A DNA stretch of 64,000 nucleotides, taken from assembly GCF_009914755.1 (NCBI RefSeq), contig NC_060926.1; one strand, written 5' to 3'. Under the pieces are notes generated by a model. The model made no database searches, was not told where the DNA came from, and worked only from the letters and a program-made list of their open reading frames with translations. Shown here in pieces: positions 57,215-64,000 of this stretch. A program made the position numbers and the translations under genes. Numbering within the stretch: position 1 is the stretch's first letter; every line of letters begins with the position of its first letter. The DNA is from the human T2T-CHM13v2.0 reference genome, Homo sapiens.

Positions 57215-57390
57215 AAGAACTGGTTTAAAATGCTCACTTTGCCCATTAGCTCTGTGGTCCCGAGAAAGTCATTTAATTCTCTGAGCCTGTTTCATCACTT
57301 ACAAAATGTGAATAACAACACTTATTCATAGGGTTGTAATAAGGAGTGGGAGATGGTGTTAGGCATAAAACCAGCACAGTGCCCTGAACC
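57215..57390 (+). mobile_element. MIR
   Basis: AAGTCATTTAATTCTCTGAGCCTGTTTCATC...CATAGGGTTGTAATAAGG. Confidence 0.7.
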
Positions 57391-57926
57391 TATTTTAACA
57401 AATGGTATTTCCGAGGTGTTAGTCCATGCCAACATGAAACGTGAGTCTAAGGAAGCTTACAAATACTGTTTCTTTTTATTACAAAGATTATAATTCCAGT
57501 ATAACAAAATTCACTGGAAGAAAACCATTTAACACAGCTTATTATCTGTTCAAAAAATAAAAGTTCACTGAACATTTACTCTGTACAATCTTCATAAATT
57601 GACAAAAATGCACAGTATATCTCACCACCTAACACAGGCCTAAACAATGTGACATACGGTATAGTACCAGTAGGTACTTAGGACTATGGAGAAACAATGG
57701 AAGACATTAATTCTGCTTGTCTTGATGGTAAGGGTGGGGATGAAAATACAGATCGAATTTGGGGGAGCATGTTAAGGTTAGGGGAATAGAGATAGCTTAT
57801 ATTTAGAACAAGTTAGTAGAGACTGTATGATTTTCCAAATAGAGAAGGGTAAAAAGACATTCCATAGAGGAAGAAAATTACATGCAAAACCATAGAGACC
57901 TTAGTTTATAAAGAGTAACTGGGTAT

Positions 57927-58335
<409 letters not shown>

Positions 58336-58639
58336 TCATGCAACTCAGCCAATAAGCTGCACTACCTATATGTCTGTTAGGTTTCTATGTAAGAGTGTAA
58401 ATATATAAGCTAAGTATCCCATGTTTCCATTATGGGTAGTATATCATTTATTATTAACCAAATCATTTCATAGGCTGTAAGATGAAAGGTACTACAGATT
58501 CTGCAAGACACTATAAAGAGGAACTTCAGTTGGAAAAGTAAGTAATGTAAAGTAATTCCTGTGCATTTTTTTCCTGATTATGACTTTTTATTTAAAGTCA
58601 TAAATAAAAGAATTCTTATGGCTATAAAATTTGCTTACT

Positions 58640-59195
58640 TATTTATTTCACAAGTATTTGCTGAGCAGCCACCCCATGATAGACACTGTGTACTATGCTA
58701 GAATTCTGCAGTGAACTAGACATGGGCTTTGTCTGGTACTTGTTATTTAGGAGTGTTGACAGAATTTACAAATACTTAAATAATTGTCATAGTAGAAGTG
58801 CTACAAAGAAGCAGAGGGTGCTATGAATGTATGTAATGGGAGGAATTTAGACTAGGTAGTTAGTAAAATATCTCTGAAGAAATTATTTATGATGGAGACC
58901 TAAAAAACCAGAACAGAACTTAGCCAGCACATGAATAATTAGGTGTATCCATATGTTCATGGGGGAGAAAATCTGAGAACGAGAGAAAGGTCAGTAGAGT
59001 CAGAAAGAGCTGAATACCAAAAGGAAGTTGGTTATAATTGAAAGATGGCCAGTGAGTTTTCATGTCATTAGTGACAGTGGGAAGACAAAGCTTATTGGTA
59101 GGGACCAAACAATTGTAGGAATTTAATAAGAATTTTGGACTTTATCCTAAGAGGATGGAAAGTTTTAAGAAGGAAAGTAATACAATTCAGATATG
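58640..59195 (-). mobile_element. L2 fragment
   Basis: ACAAGTATTTGCTGAGCA...AGTGCTACAAAG...TTTTGGACTTTATCCTAAG. Confidence 0.65.
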
Positions 59196-60294
59196 TAATC
59201 CATATTTGCTTGTACTTTCTCTGTGTTTGTCTTTCATGAATGCTTCCCAATGCTTCATTGATGCCTCATTGAGTTTTTGATGAATACTTCTCATTGCTTC
59301 CGCGAAATGATGTTGAAACAACCCTCACAAACTATGTAGAGTCTTTGTACTTCTTCAGCCATTGACTGCCTCTTAAAAACAACCAAGTGTTTGACTTGCA
59401 ATTTTACCTCTCTGAAAATACAAATCACCACCACCCAAAAACTGAACCTCCAAAAAAGCTTTGTAAAAACTTACTGTCAAGTCTTCAGAGCATGGCTCAA
59501 TAATGGTATACAGGGTATCAAAGAAGAAAGGAAGAAGCCTAATAGGGTTAGGTACAGCCAACCAGCTCTTGTTGAGGGGCTACAAGGTGCTGGGCATCAT
59601 GATAGACACTTTTATTTTTGGAAAGAGTAGCACTAAATTATTTAAGAGGATTTACTTTAACATTCAATTACATATTCTTATTTTCAGGTAGAAATTTAAT
59701 GATAATGATTTTGAAGAGGCCTTTGTTTACTAAAATACCTTAATTTTACCACATTCATTATAAATTTTACTACATTATTTTTATAATAAATGAGTTCAAA
59801 TTAGAGATCAGGAGAAATAATTACCATATTTCTAAATGTGACAGTTTTCACATTTTATTTTTACACTTTTGATCCTTAAATTATACTCTATGTGACCAAC
59901 GAGAGACCTTTAAAATTGATTTGGTCTCATGCAAAATTGTTCATCAAGTTTAAATCTGTCTTTTTTTTGAAAGAAAACAAAGTGTTTCATTTTAAGAGTC
60001 AGAGAAAAATAAAGCTAATGAAAATATATGTAGTATATTTTGAAATTTTGAAGAAAAAAAGGTATTGATTATATTCCAATGTTTGGTTTTTAGAATTAAA
60101 AGATAGCTCATTGCCAATATACTTCTTTAACAACATCACATAAATTGTGTTCTCTCTCTTTGAATAAAGGTCCTTGCTGTTCCCAAATAAAAGAAGTAAA
60201 GAAATAACTTTTACATGCTCAATTTCCCTGAGCAAAGTATATCAAAGAATCATAGAGTAAAATGGATTTGTTACTTGACTTCTCTAGTTATTTG

Positions 60295-60433
60295 TTTATT
60301 TTGTTTCATTTTTTTTGTAGAAACAGGGTCTCACCATGTTCCTCGGGCTAGTCTCAAACTCCTGGGCTCAAGCAATCCTCCCACCTAGGCCTTCCAAAGT
60401 GTTGTGATTGCAGGTGTGAGCCACTGTGCCTGG
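60295..60433 (-). mobile_element. FLAM_C / Alu left monomer
   Basis: TTTTGTAGAAACAGGGTCTCACCATGTT...CTCCTGGGCTCAAGCAATCC...GAGCCACTGTGCCTGG; monomer only. Confidence 0.88.
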
Positions 60434-60870
60434 ATGTATTTTTCTCATTTAAAATTAAGACAAGCCTATAAATTCATTATATGCACATTTTGAAGCCAAA
60501 TTTAAATACCACAATGCCCAGAGGTATAAAGAAACACTTTGCATCTGCTCACCATCCTAATAAATTAATTTTTAATTTAAATATATTTGCAACAAAGGTA
60601 TATTTGTGGAAACTGCTTTGCAATTAGGGGCTAAAAAAACTTTTTGCAAACAGTTTTATTGTTATTTATTATTACTGAAATAATAGATTGTTTTCATTAT
60701 TTAGTAGGTTATACTTAACTAGAAACATTATATAAGGTTAATATTATATACTAATTTGATTCTTGATTCCTGGAAAGCGGTTGCTAATTTACATTTATAT
60801 ATGCATAGATATAAATGGTCACTATATTTACAATATTTGTATATACTATACTTATATGTATACCTTTATA

Positions 60871-60928
60871 TATATTAGATTGATAAATACTAGTCTATTT
60901 ATATTAGATTGATAAATACTAGTCTATT
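60871..60928. repeat. Perfect 29-bp tandem duplication
   Basis: TATATTAGATTGATAAATACTAGTCTATT twice (60871-60899, 60900-60928). Confidence 0.92.
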
Positions 60929-61069
60929 TTTTATTTGTATCATTCCTTCTAATACTTCTTCAAATATTTACTATCAGTTATACATCTTTATCATAGATAC
61001 CATTTTATTTATAGTTTTTTAATATGCTTAAGATACAGAGGAAACTCATAGATGTACATATTTTGCTGG

Positions 61070-61361
61070 TTTATTTATTGTTGTTTTTTCTTGAGACAGG
61101 GTTTTCCTCTGTCACACAGGTTTGAGTGTAGTGGCACAATCATAGTTCTCTGCAGCCTCCAACTCTTGGACTCACATGATCCTCCCACCTCAGCCTCCTG
61201 AGTAGGTGGGATTACAGGCATGTGCCGCCACACTGGTTAAATTTTAAAACATTTGTAGAGACAGGGTCTCACTATGTTACCCAAACTTTTGGTCTCAAGC
61301 AATCCTCCTACCTCAGCCTCCCAAAGTGCTGGGATTACAGGTGTGAGTCACAGCATCAGCC
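61070..61361 (-). mobile_element. AluJ
   Basis: Antisense dimer with J features (ATCATAG, GATCCTCCCACCTCAGCC, CACTATGTTACCCA). Confidence 0.92.
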
Positions 61362-64000
61362 TATTGAAAATATTTTTATTTAACATTTAATTGAAATGAT
61401 TAAAAAGAAAATTTAAAATAAATGTTTAAATAAATGCCAAATAAAGAATATAGACCTTTTTTATCCTTTGATTTATCTTGTGGAATTTCTGAAAGAGCAT
61501 CAGAATTTTGAGTCAATGTATATTTTTAGATTAAATGGTACTTAACCTCTGAGAAAAAAAAATCCTAAGCCAAGTGTAAATTGCATAGCTTTTTCAAATG
61601 TAATACAAGTTCCATGATTAGATTTAGTACAAAATCAAGTTTCAATTTAAAAGCCAGCCGTAAATACACACATACAAAATTGCATATGTATTATCTTTAA
61701 CGGCCTTAGAAACAGCTTTCAGATACTATCAAAGCTTTGAAAATTCTATTTAACCCAAAATGTCTGCTTTGGTCTAAATGACATGTTACAATATTATTCT
61801 CTCTGTGTCCTTTTTAGCATTCTTTATCTCACCCTGCTAAGAGGTCATCATGTTAATGCAGTATCTAAATATGTAACATTTTACCACAAAAGCAATTTTA
61901 CATGAAATTAAAACAGAAAGAATTAAAGAAAAAGTTCCATCACCATCTCTTTTTTAGTGCTTGTTTACCCAACAAATAGTTTCTTGAAGGTACAGTTTCC
62001 TTGAATCTAATGATGGCGAAGTCTAGGTATTTCAATGTTGATCTTGTAATCCTCTCTTGCCACCTGTCTCAACTAGTGACATGGAAGAAAAACATAGACT
62101 ACTGTGCTCAATGAATAGATACTTACAGATTACAAATGCTTGATACAGAATTCTCATTTACTTGTTCACCTTTTGAGTGACAAATATACCACTTCATTAT
62201 CTTACAAAGTTTATCAGGAATACAAATTCAGGCTTGTATAGTAGGAACTATACAGTCAGATCAAAATGTGTGCATAACTGAAATATGCATGCTGTATCTG
62301 AAAATGTTGCACTTAAATCATCTTTTTTGGGAAATATGAGATTGTAATTCATGTGGACCCACTTTGTTATGTCATAGATGTTTAATTTAAATGGTGTTTT
62401 CCTAATGTTTCTAAAATATGACAAGTTTTCTCATCCTGATTCTCTCTCTCCAACATAATTTCTGCCACACAAGTCATTCTATCTGGTATTTAATAAGCTA
62501 AAAATAAATATAGATGGGTGTTGGTAGCTAGTATTTGAACAAACTATTCAGTAAATCATTTTCTAACTCAAAATAATAAGTACTGTATAAATTATCTATT
62601 TATTTTGAAATATGTACTCTTCAATGTAGGGTTTTTCTAAATCATGCTATGCAGCAGACAGCTTAGCCCGGACACAGAGTTAAAAGTACATGAGGAAGAT
62701 ATGGAAAACAGACACAAACATAAAAACCATCCCCCACACTGTTGGATTTAATTCTGGTCATGTGCTTCTAATTGCCAGAGGACAATGAAAAGGAAGCACT
62801 AAAGCTAGAAGTAGGCTAAACGTAAATATTTTAGAATTTCATATTAACTCTCAATGGTTGTTCATCCTTACTGAAAACAGGGAAGGAATAGATCAAGACA
62901 TGGTTACTTGTTGCAACTTGAAACTCATTGTCAAACATCACTCCTGACTTTATTGTAACAAAACTGTGCTAATGAAGCCAAAGTCTTTGGCTGCAGTAAG
63001 ATTGGCAGTGTTTTGCTGTCTGAGTTGCAGCTTTCTCTGCCTTCCTACAAATGTTTGTCATTGGTCAGAAGAGGAATATTCATGAGAAAGAGAATGAAAT
63101 AGTATAGATCCTTTACTAGCAGTGGAAAAGTAATGCAAATTTTATGTCTTACGAAGAGTAGTTGAAAAGCAACATCCTCAGAAAATCCCATACATATCCT
63201 AATAAAAGAGGATGACAATTCCATAGCATTATAAAATGTTAATTATTAACTAAAGACAAAGGCTATATTTGAATTTAAAAATAGGACATTTTCTCTGGTA
63301 GAGAAAAATAAACTATTTGCATGATTTCTCCAAAGTTTTTTAAAAAAAAAATAGAAATTTTTAGATGGCATTATTTCTTGTACATTCAAAAACAGCCATA
63401 TAGCTCTGCCAAATATATATAAAAGCAAATTATGTTTTTCAAATGTGTTACCTTTTCATAATAACATGCATTTGTTATTCATTATCTGAGAGAAGTTATC
63501 TTTTTTAATCTTTTTGCTTCAAAAAACTATACTTTCTGACTTTTTCAAAGTCATTGCCTTTTACTATCAATAATAGAGTATTAATGTTATCTTAAAAGGC
63601 ATCTTTATATATTACTTTATTTTTATTCATTTATTAGAAATAAAAGACATGTATAATGATTAAAATTTAAGGTTTCTAGACTACAGCATAAGGAGTTCCA
63701 ATGAATTACGATATTGTAACTATTCCACATCCATTCATCAACTGTTAAATAAATTCATCTCCTTATAATCTTAATGTATACTATTTCTAAAATAATTTGC
63801 ACACAACTAAATTCAAGCCACAGATTAAAAATTATTACCCGTTATAGCAATGACTGAGGATAGGTGTTAACACTCACTATATGATCTACATTTCATAGTA
63901 TACTTCTTTACACATAATTGACACATTATAGTTATTTGCTTAAAGTTAATATATAAAACAGAAAATAAATTTAAAATGTAAAAGCTGGTGGGTCAGGCAC

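Noticed and set aside
59187-59324. Protein-looking 45-codon minus frame (GLFQHHFAEAMRSIHQKLNEASMKHWEAFMKDKHRE...)
   Set aside because: Bounded by stops, no recognisable family and no good splice sites; only a tBLASTn hit could rescue it.

Overview
AT-rich, CpG-depleted human (hominine) genomic DNA, intergenic or deep intronic. I recognise no annotated protein-coding gene, RNA gene or CpG island. The long ORFs at 599-4948 all belong to one dead, probably full-length L1PA5-like LINE-1 (1-~5670), which a near-consensus AluYa5 has interrupted. The rest of the window is layered repeats: about 11 more Alu/FLAM elements, a complete THE1B provirus (two LTRs, CTAAT TSD), MSTA/MSTB/THE1/LTR33 LTRs, a 5'-truncated MER34-group ERV1 with an env remnant, old L1M, L2, MIR and CR1/L3 fossils, and hAT/mariner MITEs. 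Between them are unique stretches that look like enhancers. The most notable observations are: (1) a TSD-flanked near-orphan L1 3' transduction inside an MSTB LTR; (2) a perfect five-unit heat-shock element; (3) phase-compatible minus-strand exon candidates that would encode a single-pass membrane microprotein; (4) a probably polymorphic AluYa5; (5) template-switch scars. I cannot demonstrate a novel biological system from the sequence alone. Repeat subfamily names come from recalled consensus sequences, and old-repeat boundaries are approximate.
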